A stretch of DNA of 6,013 bases from a virus (IMGVR_UViG_2657244931_000004:1-6013); one strand, 5' to 3'. Shown: positions 1 to 6,013, numbered from the stretch's first letter. Notes: generated from the letters alone by a model not told the origin. A program made the numbers and translations.

Positions 1-15
1 AAGTGGAGAACGAGC

Positions 16-768
16 ATGAACCTTGAAGCCTTACCAAAATATTACTCCCCAAAATCTCCCAAATTGAGCGATGAGGCACCGGCGACAGGCTCGGGTGGTT
101 TAACGATTACGGATGTGATGGCTGCGCAGGGGATGGTGCAGTCGAAAGCACCGCTTGGATTTGCCTTATTCCTGGCAAAAGTTGGTGTTCAGGATCCTCA
201 GTTTGCGATTGAAGGTCTGCTCAATTACGCGATGGCACTGGATAATCCGACATTGAATAAATTGAGTGAAGAAACCCGGTTACAGATCATCCCTTACCTT
301 GTGAATTTTGCCTTTGCTGATTATTCCAGGTCTGCGGCAAGTAAGGCTCGCTGTGAGCATTGTGCTGGTACTGGATTTCATAATGTATTGCGCGAAGTGG
401 TGAAACACTCCAGAAGCGGGGAATCTGTTATCAAGGAAGAGTGGGTGAAGGAACTATGTCAGCATTGTCATGGTAAGGGAGAAGTCAGCACAGCGTGTAG
501 AGGGTGTAAGGGTAAAGGTATTGTCCTGGATGAAAAAAGGACCCGGCTTCATGGCACGCCTGTTTATAAGATTTGTGGGCGTTGCAATGGAAACCGGTTT
601 AGCCGTTTACCAACCACACTGGCGCGGCATCATGTCCAGAAGCTGGTACCAGACCTGACGGATTATCAGTGGTACAAAGGATATGCAGATGTCATTGATA
701 AACTGGTGACAAAGTGCTGGCAGGAAGAAGCATATGCTGAGGCGCAATTAAGAAAAGTGACGAGATAA
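16..768 (+). CDS. Q: Late-gene antitermination protein Q family (250 aa), with cysteine-rich zinc-finger repeats
   Basis: Complete 250-aa ORF. It sits immediately upstream of a promoter/terminator pair and the lysis cassette, which is the canonical Q position. Residues 113-194 carry three perfect CxxCxGxG motifs (CEHCAGTG, CQHCHGKG, CRGCKGKG) and a fourth partial one (CGRCNGNR). Family assignment rests on synteny and motifs, not a search. Confidence 0.7.
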   Translation: MNLEALPKYYSPKSPKLSDEAPATGSGGLTITDVMAAQGMVQSKAPLGFALFLAKVGVQDPQFAIEGLLNYAMALDNPTLNKLSEETRLQIIPYLVNFAFADYSRSAASKARCEHCAGTGFHNVLREVVKHSRSGESVIKEEWVKELCQHCHGKGEVSTACRGCKGKGIVLDEKRTRLHGTPVYKICGRCNGNRFSRLPTTLARHHVQKLVPDLTDYQWYKGYADVIDKLVTKCWQEEAYAEAQLRKVTR

Positions 769-799
769 ATGATTTTCACCGAAGATAGCGACATGATTC

Positions 800-828
800 T
801 TGCATTTTTCAAAAAATCTGGTTAGGAT
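800..828 (+). promoter_or_regulatory. Candidate Q-dependent late promoter (PR'-like): -35 TTGCAT (800-805), 17-bp spacer, -10 TAGGAT (823-828)
   Basis: Sigma70-like hexamers with 17-bp spacing, 30 nt after the Q stop and about 50 nt upstream of a strong intrinsic terminator, matching the lambda PR'/tR' arrangement. The -10 is a weak match and overlaps a perfect palindrome (821-837). Confidence 0.35.
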
Positions 829-878
829 TTTCCTAACGATGGGCTTTGTATGTCTGCCGTTAACGAAATCATAACAAA

Positions 879-905
879 CCTCGCTTCGGCGGGGTTTTTG
901 CTTTT
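879..905 (+). terminator. Rho-independent terminator (tR'-like): CCUCGC-UUCG-GCGGGG hairpin followed by UUUUUGCUUUU
   Basis: A 6-bp GC-rich stem (one U-G wobble) with a UUCG tetraloop at 879-894, directly followed by a T-rich tract at 895-905. Position downstream of Q and the candidate late promoter fits a terminator that Q antitermination must read through. Confidence 0.65.
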
Positions 906-918
906 CTGGAGGTCAATA

Positions 919-1176
919 ATGCAGGGCGAAAAGCAGCAGCCATATTTTTTTAACCCTGGTATGACTGTTGAACAGCTTGAAGACTGGCTGGAGCAGCAAA
1001 AGCTTCATCTAAGCCGCTATAACCGTCTGGTAAAAGAAAAAGCAGAGCTTGAAGAACGGCTCAGTGATATTTCTGTGGAAATTGAACGAATGTCTGCTGG
1101 TGGTTTTAACGGAAAGTTGAGTTTCCCTTGGGAGTCAAGTTCGCTTCTGAGAAATCATCAACAGGGTAGTATTTGA
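919..1176 (+). CDS. Hypothetical small coiled-coil protein (86 aa) between the late terminator and the holin genes
   Basis: ATG at 919 is preceded by GGAGG (908-912) at 6-nt spacing. The track ORF 850-1176 is in the same frame, but its first 23 codons run through the terminator hairpin, so 919 is the preferred start. The protein is charged and helical (EQLEDWLEQQKLHLSRYNRLVKEKAELEERLSDISVEIERMS); no family recognised. Confidence 0.45.
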   Translation: MQGEKQQPYFFNPGMTVEQLEDWLEQQKLHLSRYNRLVKEKAELEERLSDISVEIERMSAGGFNGKLSFPWESSSLLRNHQQGSI

Positions 1177-1255
1177 CTGAAATAATAAACAGACTGTCAT
1201 TAAGATCCCTTCCCCTCATATCTGAGAGGACCAACAGCAATTAAGAGGGGGCTAA

Positions 1256-1642
1256 ATGTCCGATCCGATTTCCGGTACTGGGCTGGCTGGTGGTGCCCTG
1301 ACGGGTGCCAGTGTTTATGGACTGCTGACCGGAACTGATTACGGCGTTGTATTTGGCGCATTTGCAGGGGCTGTATTCTACATAGCAACAGCAGCAGATC
1401 TGAGTGCATCGCGCCGACTGGCATATTTTATCGTGTCATATATTGCCGGGATTCTTTGCTCTGGGTTGGTTGGCTCCAAGCTGGCGAACTTGACCGGATA
1501 CAGTGATAAACCTCTGGATGCTATTGGTGCCGTAATCGTCTCTGCTTTAGCCGTTAAAATCCTGACGTTCCTGAATAATCAGGATATCGGCTCGCTGGTG
1601 GCGCTCATAACGCGCCGGGGAGGTTCAGGTGGAGCTAAATGA
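1256..1642 (+). CDS. Putative holin or lysis-associated membrane protein (128 aa, 3-4 predicted TM helices, Gly/Ala-rich)
   Basis: RBS GAGGGGG (1245-1251) 4 nt before ATG 1256. Three to four hydrophobic segments and a short basic C-terminus (RRGGSGGAK). It is the first gene of the lysis cassette and overlaps the next gene by 14 nt. Holin versus antiholin cannot be decided from sequence. Confidence 0.55.
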   Translation: MSDPISGTGLAGGALTGASVYGLLTGTDYGVVFGAFAGAVFYIATAADLSASRRLAYFIVSYIAGILCSGLVGSKLANLTGYSDKPLDAIGAVIVSALAVKILTFLNNQDIGSLVALITRRGGSGGAK

Positions 1643-1910
1643 CCCGACAGCAACTATAAATGCGCTGTTATGTGCTTGTGTTGTTATTACTCTGATGTTT
1701 TATCGTCGTGGTGATTCGCGGCATCGTCCTTGGGTTTCACGTTTAGCCTGGCTGATTACTGTTACATACAGTGCTGTTCCGTTGGCCTATCTCTGTGGGA
1801 TTTATCCTCATTCCTCATGGCCCATTATCGTGGCGAACACTATTTTTCTTTCCGTGCTGGTGGCCGTCAGAGGCAACGTTGCACGTCTGGTTGATCATCT
1901 GAGGCACTAA
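1629..1910 (+). CDS. Putative holin (93 aa, 3 predicted TM helices, charged C-terminal tail)
   Basis: GTG start at 1629 preceded by GGGGAGG (1617-1623). Three hydrophobic segments and a basic C-terminus (RGNVARLVDHLRH) give a class-I-holin-like topology. Its stop overlaps the endolysin start (TAATG). The start codon is uncertain. Confidence 0.6.
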   Translation: MELNDPTATINALLCACVVITLMFYRRGDSRHRPWVSRLAWLITVTYSAVPLAYLCGIYPHSSWPIIVANTIFLSVLVAVRGNVARLVDHLRH

Positions 1911-2524
1911 TGAACCAACAATTATTTCAAAAGGCGGCTGGTATTAGCGCCGGGCTGGCTGCGCGCTGGTTTCCGCACATTGATGCGGCGATGAAGGAAT
2001 TCGGCATTACAGCACCAGCGGATCAGGCAATGTTTATCGCTCAGGTAGGCCATGAGTCGATGGGGTTTAGCGCCGTAGTTGAAAATTTTAACTACACACC
2101 ATCTGCGCTTGTGGCGACGTTCGGAAAGAGGATCACACAGCAGCAGGCTGATGTCCTTGGCAGAACATCCGGGCATGCAGCTCGTCAGGATGCTATTGCC
2201 AATCTGGTGTATAGCAACCGACTGGGTAACAAAGCACCAGGTGATGGCTGGAAATATCGTGGTAGAGGATTAATTCAAATCACTGGCCTCCATAATTATC
2301 GCATCTGTGGCGCGGCGCTGAAGTTAGATCTGGTGACTTCACCTGAACAACTGGAACAAGAGCTACAGGCGGCGCGCTCAGCTGCATGGTTCTACACCTC
2401 TAAATGCTGCATGATCTACGGTGCCGATATTAACCGTGTTACGCGCATCATTAACGGCGGTCTGAACGGTATTGAGGATCGTAAGGTCCGATACAACAAG
2501 GCGCGGGCGGCGCTGCTGGTATGA
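1910..2524 (+). CDS. Endolysin, glycoside hydrolase family 19 (chitinase-like lysozyme), 204 aa
   Basis: Contains the conserved AQVGHESMGF motif (catalytic Glu in HES) and YRGRGLIQITGLHNY, as I recall them from GH19-type phage endolysins. There is no hydrophobic N-terminal SAR segment, so export would depend on the holin. Position between holin and Rz is canonical. Confidence 0.85.
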   Translation: MNQQLFQKAAGISAGLAARWFPHIDAAMKEFGITAPADQAMFIAQVGHESMGFSAVVENFNYTPSALVATFGKRITQQQADVLGRTSGHAARQDAIANLVYSNRLGNKAPGDGWKYRGRGLIQITGLHNYRICGAALKLDLVTSPEQLEQELQAARSAAWFYTSKCCMIYGADINRVTRIINGGLNGIEDRKVRYNKARAALLV

Positions 2525-2913
2525 AGATGAGTTATTGGGCGCTCATTTTAACGTTTATTGCTTGTGTCGCTGGTGGTCTTGTCTGGTCAGCGAATCACTA
2601 TCATGGAAAGTTTCTGGAGGAGCAGAAGCGTGCTGACGCTGCGGAACAGCGAGCTGATTCTACTGAGGCTATCACCGCGAATGTTCTGCGTACTATGGCA
2701 ATAACGAACATCATTCAGGAGGCGAATCAACATGCAAAACAGCAGATCGCACTGGAGTCACAGAGAACCCAGGAAGATATCAAAGTGGCTGTTGCGGATG
2801 ATGATTGTGCTTCACGTCCTGTGCCTGCTGCCGCTGCTGACCGGTTGCGGAAGTACGCGAACAGTTTACGTGAGCATTCCGAAGACTCCACTACCAGTCA
2901 GCTTGACTTCTGA
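2521..2913 (+). CDS. Rz-like i-spanin (inner-membrane spanin subunit), 130 aa
   Basis: N-terminal TM segment (YWALILTFIACVAGGLVW) followed by a charged, helical periplasmic domain (EEQKRADAAEQRAD...). The start overlaps the endolysin stop (ATGA). The Rz1 reading frame is embedded in its 3' half. Confidence 0.75.
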   Translation: MKMSYWALILTFIACVAGGLVWSANHYHGKFLEEQKRADAAEQRADSTEAITANVLRTMAITNIIQEANQHAKQQIALESQRTQEDIKVAVADDDCASRPVPAAAADRLRKYANSLREHSEDSTTSQLDF

Positions 2914-3046
2914 TACACCTGTACCGTTTATACCCAACCCACTGACGTATGGTGCAAGTCTTGATTTGAATGTAAGTTTGTTATCCGCGTTGGCTCAATG
3001 TAATAGGGATAAGTCAGATATCAGAATCATTGATAATCAAAATTGA
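2732..3046 (+). CDS. Rz1-like o-spanin (outer-membrane lipoprotein), overlapping architecture; alternative start at 2798
   Basis: Different frame from Rz, beginning inside Rz and running 133 nt past its stop. Lipobox LLTGC after a hydrophobic stretch (MMIVLHVLCLLPLL); proline-rich mature part (PKTPLPVSLTSDTPVPFIPNP) with one Cys (AQCNRDK) in the C-terminal tail. A strong SD AGGAGG (2717-2722) lies 9 nt before ATG 2732; internal ATGs at 2798/2801 would give a conventional-length signal peptide. Confidence 0.65.
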   Translation: MQNSRSHWSHREPRKISKWLLRMMIVLHVLCLLPLLTGCGSTRTVYVSIPKTPLPVSLTSDTPVPFIPNPLTYGASLDLNVSLLSALAQCNRDKSDIRIIDNQN

Positions 3047-3146
3047 TGTATATATCGTCATGTAGATAACGAACAAGGTATTCCTCTGATACGTTTCGTT
3101 GAATACAGGTCATGGGTAGGCATTGCAATATCGCTTCGAAATTATC

Positions 3147-3155
3147 TGTGATAAT
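3147..3155 (+). promoter_or_regulatory. Candidate extended -10 promoter element (TGtGATAAT) for the AT-rich orphan gene
   Basis: TGnGATAAT at 3147-3155 within an AT-rich intergenic stretch, about 90 nt upstream of ATG 3246. No convincing -35 was found. Speculative. Confidence 0.25.
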
Positions 3156-3245
3156 GCTCTTAATTTTGAATGTATGTATTTGGGAAAAGAGATAAAGTAA
3201 TAGTCTAATTAATGGAGATATCCACAAAACACAAAAGGGACTATT

Positions 3246-3752
3246 ATGCGACCAGATCAATTTTTCTATCCAGATACTTTTACCTTTAATTCATCCACCT
3301 ATTATGGTCAACGTGACTCATCTAAAGGTCGATTGTATATTCCTATTGAAAGTGACTTATGTCCATTTAATATCGGCGATATCATTGTGCAAAAAATGGT
3401 CGACAGGGAAAGACTATTTGAAGTGCTTGATTACGAGGTGCAAATTAGTCTCGAGGCTGGTTGCCCTGGCTACTCACATTTGGCGGTATTGATAGTGAGG
3501 GCATTGGATGTAAAAGAGAAGCCGAAGCAGATTACTACCCATTTGACGTTTAACGGTGCTATTAATGCTGGTGGTGATTTTCAAGCCGGTAATGACAATT
3601 CGATCACAAAGAATATAACCATTCAACAACTACATGATGCTATAGAGCATTGCAATGATCCAGAGGTTAAAAGCCTTTGGCAAAAGCTATTGGAAAATCC
3701 GACGTTTGCTTCAATTGCTTCAATATTGGCAAAAAGTGCTTTAGGACAGTAA
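3246..3752 (+). CDS. Hypothetical protein (168 aa), AT-rich orphan cargo gene (moron) between lysis and packaging genes
   Basis: Clean 168-aa ORF with AAAAGGGA upstream of the ATG and an intrinsic terminator directly downstream. Base composition is visibly more AT-rich than the flanking phage genes (by eye, not computed). No signal peptide or TM segment; Ser/Thr/Tyr-rich N-terminus (TFTFNSSTYYGQRDSSKG). No family recognised. Confidence 0.6.
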   Translation: MRPDQFFYPDTFTFNSSTYYGQRDSSKGRLYIPIESDLCPFNIGDIIVQKMVDRERLFEVLDYEVQISLEAGCPGYSHLAVLIVRALDVKEKPKQITTHLTFNGAINAGGDFQAGNDNSITKNITIQQLHDAIEHCNDPEVKSLWQKLLENPTFASIASILAKSALGQ

Positions 3753-3761
3753 TTCATCAAG

Positions 3762-3783
3762 CCCCATTCAATATGGGGTTTTT
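3762..3783 (+). terminator. Rho-independent terminator: CCCCAU-UCAAU-AUGGGG hairpin followed by UUUUU
   Basis: Perfect 6-bp stem (3762-3767 / 3773-3778), 5-nt loop and a T5 run (3779-3783), 10 nt after the stop of the 168-aa ORF. Confidence 0.6.
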
Positions 3784-3809
3784 ATGCTTATTGCAAAGAG
3801 TTTTCTTCA

Positions 3810-4160
3810 ATGCCACCACGAACCCCAAAAGCCTGCCGTGTTCGCGGGTGCCGCCATACCACCACTGACCCGTCAGGTTATTGCGAAAGCCACAAAAGCG
3901 AAGGCTGGAAGCAATACAAGCCAGGACAATCCCGTCATCAGCGCGGCTACGGTTCGAAGTGGGACGTTATCCGCGCGCGTGTGCTGAAACGTGACAAAGG
4001 TTTATGTCAGTTATGTCTGCGTGCCGGTGTGGTGCGTGAAGCGAAAACCGTTGACCACATCATCCCTAAAGCGCATGGCGGTACTGATGCCGACTGTAAT
4101 CTGCAGAGTCTGTGCTGGCCGTGTCATAAGGCGAAGACGGCCCGTGAACGGTTGAAGTGA
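3810..4160 (+). CDS. HNH endonuclease (116 aa), phage packaging-associated type
   Basis: HNH signature DHIIPKAHGG ... N ... CWPCH with paired CxxC motifs (CQLC, CWPC), plus an N-terminal Cys/His cluster (CRVRGCRH...CESH). It lies immediately upstream of the terminase small subunit, as in HK97-like phages. Confidence 0.85.
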   Translation: MPPRTPKACRVRGCRHTTTDPSGYCESHKSEGWKQYKPGQSRHQRGYGSKWDVIRARVLKRDKGLCQLCLRAGVVREAKTVDHIIPKAHGGTDADCNLQSLCWPCHKAKTARERLK

Positions 4161-4186
4161 TAATAATTCTCAACTTCCTGAGGGGA

Positions 4187-4246
4187 GGGGCGGGTCAAAT
4201 CCCTGCGGCCTGACGTCTTCCGGACTGCCCGCCCCATCGTTTTTTT
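4187..4246 (+). other. GC-rich imperfect inverted repeat (GGGGCGGG ... CCCGCCCC) followed by a T7 run; candidate cos region and/or terminator between HNH and terS
   Basis: GGGGCGGG (4187-4194) pairs with CCCGCCCC (4228-4235) around a loop of about 33 nt containing a GACGTC palindrome; T-run at 4240-4246. In HK97-type phages cos lies between the HNH gene and terS. The exact cohesive-end site cannot be identified from sequence. Confidence 0.35.
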
Positions 4247-4285
4247 ATACCCGCGAAAAATGAAATTTAACCAGGAGTGCCGCAT

Positions 4286-4780
4286 ATGGCTGGAACGGCG
4301 GGGCGTTCCGGGCGTCGCCCCAAGCCAACGGCGCGCAAGGCGCTGGCCGGAAACCCCGGCAAGCGAGCCCTGAATAAAGATGAACCTGTTTTTACGCCCA
4401 TCAAAGGTGTTGAGCCACCGGAGTGGTTCGCAGAAGAAAATCTCCCTCTCGCCACGATCATGTGGCAACTGACAACCAAAGAACTCTGCGGTCAGGGCCT
4501 GTTGTGCGTGACTGACCTCGCGGTGCTTGAGCGGTGGTGCGTGGCCTATGAGTTCTGGCGACGTGCCGTGAAAAATATTGCCATACAGGGCAACACCATC
4601 ACCGGTGCAATGGGCGGCAGGGTCAAAAATCCGGAGCTGACCGCCAAAAAAGAACAGGAGTCCGAGATGAGCAGCACGGGGGCAATGCTCGGACTCGACC
4701 CCAGCAGCCGCCAGCGTCTGATTGGCCTGGCGGGGCAGAAGAAAGCCACTAACCCGTTTCTGAAAATCATCGAGTCATGA
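4286..4780 (+). CDS. terS: Terminase small subunit, P27 family (alternative GTG start at 4277)
   Basis: N-terminal motif [21 protein letters not shown] contains the GNPGKR signature I associate with P27-family small terminases. AGGAG (4273-4277) lies 8 nt upstream of ATG 4286. The stop overlaps the terL start (ATGA). Confidence 0.85.
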   Translation: MAGTAGRSGRRPKPTARKALAGNPGKRALNKDEPVFTPIKGVEPPEWFAEENLPLATIMWQLTTKELCGQGLLCVTDLAVLERWCVAYEFWRRAVKNIAIQGNTITGAMGGRVKNPELTAKKEQESEMSSTGAMLGLDPSSRQRLIGLAGQKKATNPFLKIIES

Positions 4781-6013
4781 GCCGGAAATCTTACCCCAAC
4801 GTAAATGCTGCCAATCAGTATGCCCGTGATGTTGTGCGCGGAAAGATTGTGGCCTGCCAGTTTGTGATTCAGGCCTGCCAGCGCCATCTTGATGACCTGA
4901 TGGCGGAAAAAAGTAAGTCGTTTCGTTACCGCTTCGACAAGGACCTGGCTGAACGGGCCGCCAAATTTATTCAGCTGTTGCCGCATACCAAGGGTGAGTG
5001 GGCATTCAAACGGATGCCCATCACGCTGGAGCCGTGGCAGCTCTTTGTGATCTGCTGTGCGTTTGGCTGGGTCAATAAAGGTACCCGGCTGCGCCGCTTC
5101 CGGGAGGTGTATACCGAAATCCCCCGTAAGAACGGCAAATCGGCAATCTCTGCCGGTGTCGCCCTGTATTGTTTTGCCTGTGATAACGAGTTTGGCGCGG
5201 AAGTGTATTCCGGTGCCACGACAGAGAAACAGGCGTGGGAAGTCTTTCGCCCGGCGCGACTGATGTGTAAACGCACACCCATGCTGACGGAAGCGTTCGG
5301 GATTGAGGTTAACGCCTCAAACATGAACCGTCCGGAGGATGGTGCGCGGTTTGAACCGCTGATCGGTAACCCCGGTGATGGTTCATCACCCCACTGTGCC
5401 GTGGTGGATGAATATCACGAGCACGCCACAGATGCGCTTTACACCACGATGCTTACCGGGATGGGGGCGCGACGTCAGCCACTGATGTGGGCTATCACTA
5501 CCGCCGGGTACAACATTGAGGGGCCGTGCTACGACAAACGGCGGGAAGTCATCGAGATGCTCAACGGCTCGGTGCCTAACGATGAACTGTTCGGGATCAT
5601 CTATACCGTTGATGAAGGTGACGACTGGACCGACCCGCAGGTGTTGGAAAAAGCCAATCCAAATATTGGCGTGTCGGTTTATCGCGAATTTTTGTTAAGT
5701 CAGCAGCAGCGTGCGAAAAATAACGCCCGTCTGGCAAACGTCTTTAAAACAAAACACCTCAATATCTGGGTGTCGGCGCGTTCGGCGTATTTCAACCTGG
5801 TGAGCTGGCAGAGCTGCGAGGATAAATCACTGACCCTTGAGCAGTTCGAGGGGCAGCCGTGCATTCTGGCCTTTGACCTGGCGCGTAAGCTGGATATGAA
5901 CAGCATGGCGCGACTTTATACCCGCGAGATTGACGGTAAAACGCATTACTACAGTGTGGCCCCGCGTTTCTGGGTACCGTATGACACGGTGTACAGCGTC
6001 GAGAAAAATGAAG
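4777..6013 (+). CDS. terL: Terminase large subunit (ATPase/nuclease), 5' partial; continues beyond window end
   Basis: Open frame from ATG 4777 to the window end (412 codons, no stop), so it is absent from the complete-ORF track. Walker A-like EIPRKNGKS, Walker B-like VVDEYHE, directly downstream of terS. The short ORFs listed in this span are in other frames. Confidence 0.9.
   Translation, partial: MSRKSYPNVNAANQYARDVVRGKIVACQFVIQACQRHLDDLMAEKSKSFRYRFDKDLAERAAKFIQLLPHTKGEWAFKRMPITLEPWQLFVICCAFGWVNKGTRLRRFREVYTEIPRKNGKSAISAGVALYCFACDNEFGAEVYSGATTEKQAWEVFRPARLMCKRTPMLTEAFGIEVNASNMNRPEDGARFEPLIGNPGDGSSPHCAVVDEYHEHATDALYTTMLTGMGARRQPLMWAITTAGYNIEGPCYDKRREVIEMLNGSVPNDELFGIIYTVDEGDDWTDPQVLEKANPNIGVSVYREFLLSQQQRAKNNARLANVFKTKHLNIWVSARSAYFNLVSWQSCEDKSLTLEQFEGQPCILAFDLARKLDMNSMARLYTREIDGKTHYYSVAPRFWVPYDTVYSVEKNE

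Larger units (their letters stand above)
1..6013 (+). mobile_element. Lambdoid prophage late region (partial): Q antiterminator - lysis cassette - moron - HNH - cos - terminase
   Basis: Canonical gene order of a lambdoid late operon, all on one strand, with start/stop overlaps between adjacent genes (TAATG at 1908-1912, ATGA at 2521-2524 and 4777-4780). No integrase or att site lies in this window, so element boundaries are not visible. Confidence 0.85.

Noticed and set aside
470-658. 62-aa + strand ORF inside the Q gene in another frame
   Set aside because: Fully nested within a well-supported CDS, no RBS, no recognisable features; typical overlapping-frame artefact.
769-1255. Looked for tRNA genes (often found downstream of Q in lambdoid phages) and for toxin cargo in the Q-S interval
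   Set aside because: No cloverleaf-like stretch with a GTTCRA T-loop motif and 3' acceptor complementarity was seen; the interval is instead occupied by the promoter/terminator pair and the small coiled-coil ORF. Not a rigorous scan; a tRNA-detection tool would be needed to exclude it formally.
1200-1424. 74-aa minus-strand ORF overlapping the first holin-like gene
   Set aside because: Antisense to a gene with a strong RBS and coherent membrane-protein features; His/Gln/Arg-rich low-complexity translation typical of a spurious frame.
1922-2273. Minus-strand 84-aa ORF (1922-2176) and + strand 64-aa ORF (2079-2273) inside the endolysin gene
   Set aside because: Both nested in or antisense to the GH19 endolysin, which has clear catalytic motifs; no independent translation signals.
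3027-3260. 77-aa minus-strand ORF in the AT-rich intergenic region; considered as a Bor-like lipoprotein, since lambda carries bor on the opposite strand after Rz
   Set aside because: No lipobox or signal peptide, no RBS, and it lies in AT-rich DNA where stop-free frames arise by chance; it also overlaps the Rz1 3' end and the orphan-gene start.
3304-3987. Short + strand ORFs 3304-3492, 3677-3868 and 3784-3987 in alternative frames
   Set aside because: Each overlaps a better-supported CDS (the 168-aa ORF or the HNH endonuclease) or the intrinsic terminator; no motifs or RBS.
4124-4479. Minus-strand ORFs 4124-4468 and 4267-4479 across the HNH-terS junction
   Set aside because: Antisense to terS, with its P27 GNPGKR motif, and to the GC-rich hairpin; Arg/Gly/Pro-rich translation typical of a GC-rich antisense frame.
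4546-5906. Minus-strand ORFs (4546-4986, 4971-5324, 5072-5278, 5700-5906) and + strand ORFs (5057-5263, 5516-5698) within the terL region
   Set aside because: All are nested in or antisense to the long uninterrupted terL frame, which carries Walker A/B motifs; none has an RBS or recognisable domain.
1-6013. CRISPR array, tandem repeats, IS elements or att sites
   Set aside because: No regularly spaced direct repeats, no transposase-like ORF, no terminal inverted repeats and no obvious attachment-site duplication were seen in this window.

Overview
This window reads as the late-gene control, lysis and DNA-packaging region of a lambdoid (HK97-like packaging type) prophage from an enterobacterial host, with every supported gene on the + strand. 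In order: a Q-type late antiterminator with DnaJ-like CxxCxGxG zinc-finger repeats (16-768); a candidate late promoter and a strong UUCG-loop intrinsic terminator (about 800-905); a small coiled-coil ORF of unknown function (919-1176); a lysis cassette of two small multi-TM holin-like proteins (1256-1642, 1629-1910), a GH19-type endolysin (1910-2524) and overlapping Rz/Rz1 spanins (2521-2913, 2732-3046); an AT-rich island carrying one orphan 168-aa ORF with its own terminator (3246-3783); an HNH endonuclease (3810-4160); a GC-rich hairpin in the likely cos interval (4187-4246); a P27-family small terminase (4286-4780); and the 5' part of the large terminase running off the window (4777-6013). 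The best candidate for something undescribed is the AT-rich orphan gene between the lysis cassette and the HNH/terminase genes, followed by the small ORF in the Q-to-holin slot. All calls come from reading motifs and gene order by eye; no database search was possible, so homology-based names are provisional.
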